A DNA stretch of 64,000 bases from Candidatus Ozemobacteraceae bacterium (GCA_965140445.1 OZ223236.1:736001-800000), one strand, 5' to 3'. Shown: positions 36,512-46,666, numbered from the stretch's first letter. Numbers and translations: made by a program. Notes: generated by a model not told the origin, from the sequence alone.

Positions 36512-38618
36512 TCCAGTATGAGTCCTCTGGTGAAACGTAAGATTTATAAAAATTCCCGTATTTTTCACCGGTTGGGTCCTGATCTTCTCTAAATGAAATT
36601 TTGCCGCCTTGAAATCTTTGATCAACATATATGGAAGACACCATTAGCGTTCCGAGAATATTTAATCTGGAGCTGTAAGTCAGTTCTGCATTAGGGGCAA
36701 TTAGATTTAGGTGGGCGGGCTGAGTAGATGAAAAGCGTGCCGATGAGGCTTGCTTTAATACAACAGTCAGGTTTTCATATTCTCTGGAAGAAACCACTCC
36801 CCGAACAGTGAGATTACCCTGATCCAGTATTATTGCTCCACCATTAGCAATTTTTAGGGGTGTTGGTTTTCCATTTGGAGGAATAATCAAATCTAGCTTT
36901 GCCGAGTTTTTAATACGAACGATGCAATTTAGATCCAATTCTCCTGATTTATTCAGGTGAGCATCCCAGAAGTCACTGATATTCTCGAACTCTTTTTGAG
37001 TTCTTGCGCTAATGACTGAAATGATGTGATCTCCTTCTATGGAGCCCTGGTAAACAACCTTTCCATTTCTCTCCAGTTTAATATTGCTGCCATTGTCTAA
37101 ATCAAGCAATCTAATCGAAGAAGGGAACTGTCTGTTATTTTTTTTATCAATGACATCCTGTATCGTATTGTATGAGTAAACATAGGGCATTTCTGTGATT
37201 CTACTCATGAGAGCGCTATATTCAGAATAATTTGAAAACGCCATTCCTGTTTTAAGAATGGGGCCTCCAAATTTTCTTCCCATTACGTCATTTATCTGCA
37301 TGTCATCATTAAATTTGCTGGGAGCTACAGATGGAAGCAGATACAGAGGAGGGGGGGAGAGTTTTTTAAACGATTCCAGAACATCTGGGTCCTGCGGCTT
37401 TATGTCTAAAGAAGCATATCTGGGAAAGGCGGATGTGACAGGGCCAAACACCTTTGTCCGCGATTGATAGCCTCTTTTTGCCTCGCCAAAAAGATGAAGA
37501 ATAGATGATTTGGAAGTGTAATCAAGTTTCTCGCCGTTTGAAAGGATTTGTCCCTCATACATTGCGTCTGATTCTTTGCGATTGCTTCTATCATGAAACC
37601 CGTCTAACACTAAGCTGTGAGCAAAATTGTAAGTCACTTTTCTTACTACAGAAGAGCTGAGATCCCAGAATATTTCTCTTGGTTGAGCTAAAAATTCGGG
37701 CAGGTAATTGTTTGGTGTTTGAAATTTAACCGGTCTAAAAATATTTGGGTTGCTGACGTCATAAAAATGGAATATTTCCCCAAGATCACCAGCACCAGAG
37801 CAGAGGTTTAGTCGTGTTTTTTTGTCTCCCAGCCATATCCAGCCTCTTTTTTTCCAGATTTCCGGATTCTTTTCGTCCTTTAAAATATCGCTGGGAACTC
37901 TTTTCGTAAAGGGAGTTTCAGGAGTGCTATGGTTAAAACAGATTAGAGGCTTTGGTCCATCTGTTACCATGCCTTTATAGTCATTTCTGATGATATTAAA
38001 GGCACCTTCACCATTTCGGGCTGCGTTTTTCACGTGAAGAGTAAATTTGCTAACTACTGGCGGGATAGTGCTTGCTACTTTTACTTTTCTTTTGACAACA
38101 ACCTTTCTTTGAGAGTCTTTATAGTAACCGGTGGATTCAATTGATAACCATCCTTCGCGGGCAACTTCGTCAAACCATGATTTTGGAGACGTTTCCATTT
38201 GCTTGAAATTTCTTAGCCAAACTTCAACTTTAATTGAAGCAGATTTATCTATCTCTTTTGTAAACTGCTCAAGATCTTTATTCCACTGGTCTCCCAGCAA
38301 AGGATTTAAATAAGTATCTTCCAGCTCGCCAGGGGCAGTAAGAATTTTGTTTATCTCATTTGAGCCTGGAGCGTTTAATTTGTTTCCAATGGCTTCTCTA
38401 ACTACTCTCAGGCTACTATTTATTCCCGCTTCAGCTAAAAAATGGGAAATTTCGCCATTTAAAATTGTTTGTATTCCGTGATGCTGCTGTCCAACAAAAG
38501 AATATAGACTGGCAGCTAATATCAGCATGATGGTACCAATTACCACAGCAAACATAATTGCAAAACCTGAATCCGCTCTATAGGGTCTTACGTTTGTAGT
38601 ATTGTGCTTAAAATGCAT
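36504..38618 (-). CDS. Large PilX/GspK-like prepilin protein with unknown C-terminal region
   Basis: DSG/FAIMFAVV without Glu5; HFLAEAGIN and IESTG motifs typical of PilX N-terminal domains. Confidence 0.7.
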   Translation of the reverse strand: MHFKHNTTNVRPYRADSGFAIMFAVVIGTIMLILAASLYSFVGQQHHGIQTILNGEISHFLAEAGINSSLRVVREAIGNKLNAPGSNEINKILTAPGELEDTYLNPLLGDQWNKDLEQFTKEIDKSASIKVEVWLRNFKQMETSPKSWFDEVAREGWLSIESTGYYKDSQRKVVVKRKVKVASTIPPVVSKFTLHVKNAARNGEGAFNIIRNDYKGMVTDGPKPLICFNHSTPETPFTKRVPSDILKDEKNPEIWKKRGWIWLGDKKTRLNLCSGAGDLGEIFHFYDVSNPNIFRPVKFQTPNNYLPEFLAQPREIFWDLSSSVVRKVTYNFAHSLVLDGFHDRSNRKESDAMYEGQILSNGEKLDYTSKSSILHLFGEAKRGYQSRTKVFGPVTSAFPRYASLDIKPQDPDVLESFKKLSPPPLYLLPSVAPSKFNDDMQINDVMGRKFGGPILKTGMAFSNYSEYSALMSRITEMPYVYSYNTIQDVIDKKNNRQFPSSIRLLDLDNGSNIKLERNGKVVYQGSIEGDHIISVISARTQKEFENISDFWDAHLNKSGELDLNCIVRIKNSAKLDLIIPPNGKPTPLKIANGGAIILDQGNLTVRGVVSSREYENLTVVLKQASSARFSSTQPAHLNLIAPNAELTYSSRLNILGTLMVSSIYVDQRFQGGKISFREDQDPTGEKYGNFYKSYVSPEDSYWND

Positions 38619-38760
38619 TGAAATTAACCTGAAAAGGCTCCTTTTATAGAATAATCGCAGCCTTATGGCTTAAAGTCAATGCCTTTGCCAATTTGACTAA
38701 AAGTTTGATAGAGTGTTTAAAGATGAAAGAAAAATGCGCAAATTGCATTGGAGGAAGCTT

Positions 38761-39243
38761 ATGAAATTCTCTCTAGTCACGTTTTTGTTAGTTTTTGCAT
38801 TAGTGTCCGTTGGAGGTCTAGCAATGATTGAAACCCTGACTTTAGATCAAATGGTTCAAGGATCCAAGGTTATTGTTCTTGTAGAGGTTGAAGGAACAAA
38901 AGAAGTTGGCCTTACACCAGAGGGAGTGGGTATTGTAGCTAACCTTCTAAGTGTTAAAAACAGCTTTAAGGGAAGTGCAAAAGTTGGAGATAAGTTAAAA
39001 GTAAAAACTTATAGCAGAGTAGAAGATGCTCCTCAATTCAAAAAGGGAGAAACTTTTTTAGTCTTTTTAAATCCAAAAGAAAAGCATATGGAAGTTTTTA
39101 ACGGTGTTCAGGGTAGTTGGCCTGTGGATGCTGATGGAAATATCGGCGGAATGGGAAAGGGGAAAACTCTTGATCAGGTAAAAGAGGCGGCTTCAGTGCA
39201 AATACATCTTTCTCAACCCAAGGTTCCAAACATTACTTTTTAA
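38761..39243 (+). CDS. Hypothetical exported protein
   Basis: ATG 38761 after GGAGG; signal peptide; LTLDQMV..S..IV...V and PQFKKGETFLVFL motifs. Confidence 0.65.
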   Translation: MKFSLVTFLLVFALVSVGGLAMIETLTLDQMVQGSKVIVLVEVEGTKEVGLTPEGVGIVANLLSVKNSFKGSAKVGDKLKVKTYSRVEDAPQFKKGETFLVFLNPKEKHMEVFNGVQGSWPVDADGNIGGMGKGKTLDQVKEAASVQIHLSQPKVPNITF

Positions 39244-39281
39244 AAAAAATAGCCGCTTCAATTTCTGAAGCGGCTATTTTT
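39244..39281. terminator. Bidirectional intrinsic terminator
   Basis: AAAAATAGCCGCTTCA...TGAAGCGGCTATTTTT between convergent genes. Confidence 0.85.
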
Positions 39282-39290
39282 ATGACTTTA

Positions 39291-40088
39291 CTAGCTTAGC
39301 AGATTTAAAACTGTTGATCTTGCATCATCTTGAAATTTGAATGCTTTAATGGCTGCCTGGGATTGAAGTTGCTCGCGGCTCATGTTTATTACTTCCATGG
39401 CAATGTCAGCATCACCGATTCTGGATTGGCTCGCAATGGTTGAAAGCAGTTGAGAATTCAAACCTTCTATTTCAGATGAAATTCCGTTTGAAACAGCTCC
39501 CAATGAACCTCTTTGCGATGAAACATTACTAATTGCCTGAGAAGCAATTCCGATTGCGCTTGAAGCACCTGCTTGAGTTGTAACATCTATCCTGGAAACT
39601 CCTAGAGCTTCAGATGACATTGATGGGATCGACAGATCATTACCGTTCTGCAGCTGGACATTTAAAGATCCGTCTAACAGGTTTTTGGTATTGTATTGAG
39701 TGTTATTGGAATTCTGATCAATCTGTTGTGAGAGTTGATCGATTTCAAACTGTATATTTTGACGATCAGAATCAGTAAGTGTGCCGTTTGAGGCTTGAAC
39801 AGATAATTCATTAATTCGCTGCAGCATTTCACCTGTGTTACCGAGAGAACCTTCAGCTGTTTGAATCATGGAGATTTCGTCTTGTCTGTTTGAAATCTGC
39901 TGCATCAATCCTCGGCTTAAAGATTCCATTGCGTTGAGAACTGCAAGGCCTGCAGGATCGTCACTGGCTTTGAGAATTTTTTTGCCACTGGCAATTTTAT
40001 TTAGAGTTTTGCTCTGAGACTCTTGAGTGTTGATTAATCTATTATGTAGGCCTTGGGAATTTGAAGTTTTTCCGACCATAAGGTTCAC
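39291..40088 (-). CDS. Minimal flagellin-like protein (D0/D1 only)
   Basis: SGKKILKASDDPAGL, IQTAEG, LQRINELSVQASNGT, SQRGSLGA, SRIGDADIA. Confidence 0.85.
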   Translation of the reverse strand: MNLMVGKTSNSQGLHNRLINTQESQSKTLNKIASGKKILKASDDPAGLAVLNAMESLSRGLMQQISNRQDEISMIQTAEGSLGNTGEMLQRINELSVQASNGTLTDSDRQNIQFEIDQLSQQIDQNSNNTQYNTKNLLDGSLNVQLQNGNDLSIPSMSSEALGVSRIDVTTQAGASSAIGIASQAISNVSSQRGSLGAVSNGISSEIEGLNSQLLSTIASQSRIGDADIAMEVINMSREQLQSQAAIKAFKFQDDARSTVLNLLS

Positions 40089-40112
40089 CTGCCTATTACT
40101 ATCTCTAATTTA

Positions 40113-40141
40113 AATATAATGTACAATACCGTTTTCGTCTA
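40113..40141 (-). promoter_or_regulatory. Sigma70-type promoter for the flagellin-like gene
   Basis: Minus strand TAGACG-N17-TATATT. Confidence 0.5.
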
Positions 40142-40188
40142 ATGGATAATTTAAAAGCGAGCGGCACTAAAGAACTTGGAATGGATTA

Positions 40189-40539
40189 TTAGTCCTTAAA
40201 TTCTTCTATTGCATCTTCTTCTGATGGGAAAGCTTCGCCCATCTGAAGCAATCCAACCATTTTGAAAACACCGCTGGTAAGTTCGCTAAGTCCAACAAAA
40301 GCAAGATCACCACTTTTTTCATCAACAATAATTTCGCTAAGTTCAATTATTTGAGCAATACCTTGAGAGTTGATAACGGGTGATTGTGCAAAATTCAGAA
40401 TAAATTTCTGATATCCTGATGGTAGAGCGTCTTGAACCGCTTCAAAAACAGAAGCGCCGCCTTTTTCGTCCAGGTAGCCGTTTGAACGTATTATATATAT
40501 GCCATCTACTGTGGCTGTCTGTATGCTGAAGTTACTCAT
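40189..40539 (-). CDS. STAS-domain anti-sigma factor antagonist
   Basis: GYLD, ILNF...VINSQGI (phospho-Ser motif), VFKMVGL, 116 aa. Confidence 0.82.
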   Translation of the reverse strand: MSNFSIQTATVDGIYIIRSNGYLDEKGGASVFEAVQDALPSGYQKFILNFAQSPVINSQGIAQIIELSEIIVDEKSGDLAFVGLSELTSGVFKMVGLLQMGEAFPSEEDAIEEFKD

Positions 40540-40579
40540 GGAGCGATATTACCCTTTTCAGACTATACTTGTCAACAAA

Positions 40580-42916
40580 TCAAAATACGGTTATCAAGTT
40601 GGCTTCAGGGGGCTCTTTTTTTGACTTTTGCAGTTTAACTTGAGCTTGAAATTCACTACCAGTTTTTGGAACTTTTTTCAGTTTTCCGTCCAGATGGATT
40701 TTTATCTTTTTTCCGTTGTTTAAACTATTTTCAATGATTATGCTGGTGTTGTTGTCGAGGATCTCAACTATTTTTCCCTTAACAATTATAGGCTTGGGAG
40801 ATTTTATTGCAGCTGCCTTTTTTCGCGCCAAAGCTGTTCTGTATTTTTTTATTGGCTTTGATGGTGGGGCAAGAAATAAAAACCATATTAGAGCTGTTAA
40901 AATAGCCCCAATAGAGTAAGCAACAATGCCAAATTTTATAAGCTCGGGATCTAATTTTAAGCCTTTTTCTTGTGTTTCTCGAATCTTTTGTATTTTTTCA
41001 AGCTTGTATGAAGCTCGTTCCAACTTTTTCTTTTCTTCTTCATCAACTTTTTGTTGTGCAACTTTATAAAGCTCATGGGATGAATTGAATTCAGTTTTTT
41101 CGCTTTCAACTACTGCAATTCCAATTTCTTTAGTTAAAGTCTCCCAATCATCGACTTTTGATGTATTACAGCTTTTCCATTCAGCGTAGATCTGAAAAAA
41201 TAACCTTGAGTCAGCATTTGAAACCAAAAGCGAGGAAATCTGTTCAATATTTTCAGGAACTACTTCTGTTTTAAAAGCTTTTACCAGAGTTTGTCTGATA
41301 GACAAAAAGTCAAATTGTCCAAGGCAGAAAATGGCTTTTTTTCGTTGGTCAGGTTTGACCGATTCGAGCATTTTTTCAACAAGTGATAGTGCTTGTTTCT
41401 TGTCGAATAACGAAAAAACCTTCAGAGCTGTTAATCGCACTTCATCGTTGTTATTTTTCAATAACTGCGGAAGATATGGAATTAAGCTATCTGGCTCTAT
41501 TCTGGTTAATGATTCAATTGCTCCGGCTAAAATGTCAGCATTTTCACTTTTTAGACAATTTTGCAAAAAGATTATGCAGTCATGATCTCCATGCCTTTGA
41601 ATCAGCTTGATAATGGCTATTTTTTCTTCAGTTTCAACCTTATAGAAAACTTCCTGAAGCTTTTTCTCAAATCTTTTGAAATCTTCAAGGCTTAGAGAAT
41701 TGAGATAATTTATACGCTCTTCAGTAGACAGATCAGAGTAACTTTTTTTCTTTTCGCTTTGAGCTTGTGGAGAAAAGGAACTCAGATATTCCGAAATTTT
41801 GTTTTTTAGCTGGGGATTTTTTTCTTTTTCAAGATAAGCTTTGAGTATGTTTTGGGCTTCAACGATGCCATGTCTAACCAGGTCACATAATTTAATTGCA
41901 GATTTAAATCTTGTTTCAAGATCTCCGGATTTTAAACCAAGACTAAATCTTTCAATAACAAGTCGAGCTTGTTTTTGCTTGAAATGGTTTTCCAGGATTT
42001 CAAGCATTTGTTGAGGAGTTGCTTTTACTATTCCCGCCATGCATAGTGAGTCTAATACTCCCATAAGAATGCTGTTTATCTGATTAAATTTTTCTCCAGT
42101 ACTGGCCTGCCTTGCCTCCAGCAATCTTGATGGACTATGCTTTGTTGGGTTTGCCCGGAAAATTAACCCAGCTTTATAAATTAACTCAGGGTCATTTTCC
42201 ATTCCTATAAATCTCAATAGCGAGAGCTCTATGTCCTGGAACGGGAAGAAAAATGAATGAAAAAGGGCCGCCTGCTTTTCGTTTGGAGAATCTGAAAATA
42301 ACATATGCTCGAAATGTCTGAGAGCCTCATTGGGGTCCCATCTATGGAGAAGTCTGACGGCTCGTGATCTGATTCCGAAATTTGGGTTAACAAGAAGTGG
42401 AACAATCAGATCTTTTAATCTTTCAGGACTTATTTTTTCTAGTGCTTCAACAGCAGAGCTTAAAACTCTTGGGTCATGATGCCTGCAAAGTTGCTCAATA
42501 TCTGATGCATCCTCAAAGGAACCAGATTTTTTTAGAAATTTTAAAACTGAAGGCAAGAGTTGTTGGGAAAAAGATGGCCAATTCGCATTTCTTAAAGCCA
42601 TAGCAACCAATGTGGCATCGGATTTTTTTACCGACTCAAGCATTAGAGCAAGGGCTATTTCATCTCTATCCGGCTTTGCCAGGAGTTGTTCAATTTCACT
42701 GGCAGTAGCCTTGTAACGGCCAGTTTTTTGAAGTCTTGCCAGGATTTTCTGCATGTGAAAACGAATTCCAGGGTCGGTTTCTTGAAAAATAAGCTTCTTG
42801 AATTCGTTTATCTGCTCATCGTTCCAGGCAAGGTCTTCTATTCGAGAAAGCACTGAAAACCGGATTGACGGGTCCGGTGATCTCAGGTCTGAAAAGAAAT
42901 CCTTAACTGGGTCCAT
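40580..42916 (-). CDS. HEAT-repeat protein with C-terminal TM helix
   Basis: Repeated DP.IR / DPRVLSSAVEAL / NDEVRLTAL helical repeats; TM near the C-terminus. Confidence 0.75.
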   Translation of the reverse strand: MDPVKDFFSDLRSPDPSIRFSVLSRIEDLAWNDEQINEFKKLIFQETDPGIRFHMQKILARLQKTGRYKATASEIEQLLAKPDRDEIALALMLESVKKSDATLVAMALRNANWPSFSQQLLPSVLKFLKKSGSFEDASDIEQLCRHHDPRVLSSAVEALEKISPERLKDLIVPLLVNPNFGIRSRAVRLLHRWDPNEALRHFEHMLFSDSPNEKQAALFHSFFFPFQDIELSLLRFIGMENDPELIYKAGLIFRANPTKHSPSRLLEARQASTGEKFNQINSILMGVLDSLCMAGIVKATPQQMLEILENHFKQKQARLVIERFSLGLKSGDLETRFKSAIKLCDLVRHGIVEAQNILKAYLEKEKNPQLKNKISEYLSSFSPQAQSEKKKSYSDLSTEERINYLNSLSLEDFKRFEKKLQEVFYKVETEEKIAIIKLIQRHGDHDCIIFLQNCLKSENADILAGAIESLTRIEPDSLIPYLPQLLKNNNDEVRLTALKVFSLFDKKQALSLVEKMLESVKPDQRKKAIFCLGQFDFLSIRQTLVKAFKTEVVPENIEQISSLLVSNADSRLFFQIYAEWKSCNTSKVDDWETLTKEIGIAVVESEKTEFNSSHELYKVAQQKVDEEEKKKLERASYKLEKIQKIRETQEKGLKLDPELIKFGIVAYSIGAILTALIWFLFLAPPSKPIKKYRTALARKKAAAIKSPKPIIVKGKIVEILDNNTSIIIENSLNNGKKIKIHLDGKLKKVPKTGSEFQAQVKLQKSKKEPPEANLITVF

Positions 42917-42922
42917 TTCTTT

Positions 42923-44026
42923 CTATTTTACCTTTTCATACTCGCTGTTCAAGAGAGTGTAGGATGGTTTCATTTCAAGTGCCAATCTAAACATTTGCGC
43001 TGCTGAAGACTTCTCTTGTGTGGACAGTAACAACAAACCAAGGTTTCTCAGGACGTATCGTTGCAAAGGATGTTTTCTGTTTGAGTAGAATGTTTGCTTG
43101 AACGCTTCTCTGGAGAGTCGCTTTTGTCCTTTTTCCCAGAACACTATTCCTTTTAAATTGCCGGCGGCTATGCTTAAGCTTTTATGGAATCCCGATTCTC
43201 CATCTTTTAACTCCGTCTGAAGTCTATCTATAAAATCTAATGCCTGCTGAAAATTCTTTCCCTGAAAAGCTTTTGTTGCAAGAACATACATTGCTGAAAG
43301 CTGGTCTGCCTTTTTTTTATTCAGATTCAGACCAGATTTGATTAGCTTTTCTTCCATAGTGGGATCTGTAGATAAAAGCTTTTCAAGCTTTTCATACATT
43401 TCAAGATCTGTTTGTGCCTGAAATTCAGAAATTACCGAATTTTCATAATAAACCGGACCATGACTAAAGTTATCTGGCTTTAGCCCGTTATCATACTTTG
43501 TCCACATATTTTCAGACAGGGGGTAAAAGCTTTCTTCAGGTGTAATCGCAAAAGCAATCTCTGAATATGACTTAATTTGTCCAGGCCATTTTAAAATTGA
43601 CGCGGTCATAGCGTTAGAATCTTCTGGGAAATCTGTTTTTACTTTCTGAATGAGCGCTTTTTTGGGAGTAGCCATGTGAGCTTCTACAATTATTGAGCCT
43701 TGTCTTAGGCTGCTTCCGGGGACAACCTTGAAGCTAACAGTGTGTTTTTGTCCTGGCTTTAAGTTTTCTATCTGGATTGAATCACGATCTGATTTCCAGT
43801 TCTCTGGAAGCATAATTGTAATTTTTGCAAATCCTATTTCTCCTATTAGTGACATAAGATTGGCTTTTAGTTCTACTACTTTTCCAAGGATTGGGGGACT
43901 ACTTAAAGAGGCGTCAAATTCATACCAGGGCGGGATTTGATTGGTGGCCCCAAAACTTGTCTGGCTGTTAGAAATAACTAGAAAAAATATCATTAGGAAA
44001 ATGCTCAAGGTTTTCTTGCCCAACAT
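42923..44026 (-). CDS. Exported protein with Ig-like N-terminal domain and C-terminal TPRs
   Basis: ATG 44026 after GGGAG; signal peptide; LPENW...LKPGQ..VSFKV; RNLGLL...FRLALEMKP. Confidence 0.65.
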   Translation of the reverse strand: MLGKKTLSIFLMIFFLVISNSQTSFGATNQIPPWYEFDASLSSPPILGKVVELKANLMSLIGEIGFAKITIMLPENWKSDRDSIQIENLKPGQKHTVSFKVVPGSSLRQGSIIVEAHMATPKKALIQKVKTDFPEDSNAMTASILKWPGQIKSYSEIAFAITPEESFYPLSENMWTKYDNGLKPDNFSHGPVYYENSVISEFQAQTDLEMYEKLEKLLSTDPTMEEKLIKSGLNLNKKKADQLSAMYVLATKAFQGKNFQQALDFIDRLQTELKDGESGFHKSLSIAAGNLKGIVFWEKGQKRLSREAFKQTFYSNRKHPLQRYVLRNLGLLLLSTQEKSSAAQMFRLALEMKPSYTLLNSEYEKVK

Positions 44027-44051
44027 TTTAATCTCCCAAGGCCAGAGCCTG

Positions 44052-44627
44052 TTAATTGATTTTGTGGCCGGTATCGGCTGGTTTGTCGTCTTCTTCAATT
44101 TCCTCTTCAACTTCTTCGATGGAAACTTCCTCTAGTTCTGAAGCTGATGAATGTTCTACTGCTTCACCTAACTCTTCGTTGTCAGAATATATTAGCTGCA
44201 TAAATTTTGGATAAGTATCATCAACCAATTGAATGACAACCATCATTGCCAGGTCAAATTGTCTCCTGGTAATTACATTGTCTTCTAAGATGTGCTGGCA
44301 TGATGCAGATAGGTTTTTTCCATCTGGGGAAATTTCAAATCTAATATCGAGTATTTCTCCCATAACCTTTGTTATGAATAGCATTACATCTAATCTTCTT
44401 AATTCAACATTGCGGATGAAAGAAGGAATTCTTATTACCAGATGATTGTTATGAATATAGATTAAAACCTGCATTGTAAGGTTATGTGCCTGAATATACA
44501 TTTCCAGGCATTCGTCTGCTATTCGATTGAACTTGGCATCATCCTCTTCAAGAAATCCGATAATCGTTGAAATAGCCTTACTTACATCTGTTTTATATGT
44601 GTCGTTATTGCTTGTGGTATTTGTCAT
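44052..44627 (-). CDS. YbjN / secretion-chaperone-like fold protein with acidic tail
   Basis: Size and RFEISPDG...VIQLVDDTYPKF pattern; weak recognition only. Confidence 0.45.
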   Translation of the reverse strand: MTNTTSNNDTYKTDVSKAISTIIGFLEEDDAKFNRIADECLEMYIQAHNLTMQVLIYIHNNHLVIRIPSFIRNVELRRLDVMLFITKVMGEILDIRFEISPDGKNLSASCQHILEDNVITRRQFDLAMMVVIQLVDDTYPKFMQLIYSDNEELGEAVEHSSASELEEVSIEEVEEEIEEDDKPADTGHKIN

Positions 44628-46081
44628 TTACGAGCCTCAGAAAGAATTTTGTTTGCATCTTCGCTTGAGATGCCAAAAGCTTTGCTTGCAAAAACGAGAA
44701 TTTTCTTTTCTTCTTCTTCTACCTTACCGTCTCTGAATACGGCTTTTGCAAGATTTGAAAAAAGTCGTTTGGGGTTAAAAGCTCCTCCCTGGCTCCTATC
44801 CATCATTGGATTATTTTGAACCAGATTTGAAACGGATTTGAAAATAGAGTTGTAAGTTTCGTCATTAATTTTTAAAACTTGTCTAAGTTGATTTATGAAG
44901 CGGGCTTCTCCCTCTTCTATTTGACCATCTCTAAGCATCTCCACAAGTGTTTGGGCAAAAAACTCTTTTGGAGTTAACGGGGAAGCTGCCTGAGGAATTT
45001 CTTGTCCACTTAACTTTGCCTTTACTGTTGGAAAATCTTCACAAATAGATTGAATTTTTCCGTTCCAAACAGGTTTGACCTGTTCCGGGATTAACGGCAA
45101 AATTGTTTTGATTTTTTTGGAGACCCAATTTGAAATGAATTCTGCTGCGAAAGTTTGTTTGGTTTTTGCCAGTAATATTTCATACCCTTGAAGCGCACTG
45201 AAAAATGCTCCGTTAAGTCGAAGATTTTCAGTTCTTCTAAGGAGTAACATCGTTTTTGAATCTGCCATTGCAGAATTTTCTGAACGAAGTTTTTCGGCCA
45301 ACTCTTTCCCGGATATTCTAAGTGCATGAGCTGAATTGGCCAGGACGTCCTGCACTATCGGAAGATCAGAATAAACAGACAGAAGTCTCAAGTTTATAGA
45401 AGACAGGATTGGATCATTTGCATTTCCCGATTCAACAAGGGTTTTGCTGAATTGAATCAAAGCATTTAAATAGAAAGGATCTTTGTCTAGAGCATTTTTA
45501 AAAGCCAGAAGCCCCTTATCCCGCTGTCCGGATTTCTGATACAGAATTCCCATATTACATAATGCTTCAGCTTGATGTGGATTAAGCTCCAGTGAACGTT
45601 GATATGAATGTTCAGCCTCAATCATGTTTCCTTTGAGTCTAAAACATAAACCAAGCAGATTATGCAATCTGGAAATGCTTCTATTGGCATGAATGGCTTG
45701 TTTGTATGCTTCTATTGCCTGATCAATCTCTCCCATGGACTGAAAAGATATGCCCTTTAGAAAATTTCCTGTTAAATCTATTGGCTCGTTTTTTATTAGA
45801 AATCCCTCATAAAAATTTGCAGGACTGATATCATCAGTTGCTATGGCAAAATGGGGTTGATCATTCAATTTATTGAGGTCTGTAAAAGGTATCTGCACTG
45901 AATCAAGGGCTGTCCCCGTTTGAAATGAAACTACCTTCGTCGATGCAACATTTTCATTTACTTCTGAAACAAGTAAACTTACTGAATCGCACATCCACTC
46001 TTGCCATGAAAGAATTCCTCCTTTCAATTTGAGGCTTATTACCGGCAAGTTATCTTTTTCAAAAAATCTGGCTTCTGACAT
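44624..46081 (-). CDS. TPR protein with C-terminal TerB-like motifs
   Basis: TPRs (HNLLG...YQRSLELNP..AEALCNMG); DGQIEEGE and DGKVEEEE TerB-like motifs. Confidence 0.7.
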   Translation of the reverse strand: MSEARFFEKDNLPVISLKLKGGILSWQEWMCDSVSLLVSEVNENVASTKVVSFQTGTALDSVQIPFTDLNKLNDQPHFAIATDDISPANFYEGFLIKNEPIDLTGNFLKGISFQSMGEIDQAIEAYKQAIHANRSISRLHNLLGLCFRLKGNMIEAEHSYQRSLELNPHQAEALCNMGILYQKSGQRDKGLLAFKNALDKDPFYLNALIQFSKTLVESGNANDPILSSINLRLLSVYSDLPIVQDVLANSAHALRISGKELAEKLRSENSAMADSKTMLLLRRTENLRLNGAFFSALQGYEILLAKTKQTFAAEFISNWVSKKIKTILPLIPEQVKPVWNGKIQSICEDFPTVKAKLSGQEIPQAASPLTPKEFFAQTLVEMLRDGQIEEGEARFINQLRQVLKINDETYNSIFKSVSNLVQNNPMMDRSQGGAFNPKRLFSNLAKAVFRDGKVEEEEKKILVFASKAFGISSEDANKILSEARK

Positions 46082-46096
46082 TTCTAGTTCTCCGAT

Positions 46097-46666
46097 TTAT
46101 AAAGATGGTGGAAAGGCGCTGCCCGTTATTCCAAGGTTTTTGTCATATCGAAAAAATTCAGTGATTCCCCAACTTCCAAATTTCTCCATTTTAATTTCTA
46201 ATTCTTCAGACAGGTTATGAGGATTACCAGAAAGATCTGTGTAGTTCATAACTAATTGTGTTCTAACTGTTGCTAAAGAGTCTCCGCTAGAGCTTGTTGC
46301 CTGGCTTCCAAAGGTCATTGTAACTGTTGCGACTTTACTGAAAAACGCAGAAACTTTCTGCTGAAACTCTGTATAGCCCTCAAGTGTGTAACCAGTTGGT
46401 GACAACGAATTCTGCCTATAAAATCTTAGGTTGGAATCAAATTTATTCATTACTTCGGCCTGATTTTTACTGGCAAACGATGACGAAAGCTGACTCAATG
46501 CCGTTTGTATCTCAATCTCGACGGGGGAAACGCCGGTTCCAGCTGTGCTGCTCCCACCGCCTCCGCCACAGCCAATTGTGAAGCCGATAGACAGGAGAAA
46601 TAGGAATAAGAGAGAAAACGGAATCAGTTTTATCTCTTTGATAATTTTATGTGCAAAGATTTTCAT
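46097..46666 (-). CDS. Lipoprotein, possibly NTF2/SnoaL-like fold
   Basis: Lipobox TIGC followed by a Gly/Ser linker; C-terminal WGITE. Confidence 0.65.
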   Translation of the reverse strand: MKIFAHKIIKEIKLIPFSLLFLFLLSIGFTIGCGGGGGSSTAGTGVSPVEIEIQTALSQLSSSFASKNQAEVMNKFDSNLRFYRQNSLSPTGYTLEGYTEFQQKVSAFFSKVATVTMTFGSQATSSSGDSLATVRTQLVMNYTDLSGNPHNLSEELEIKMEKFGSWGITEFFRYDKNLGITGSAFPPSL

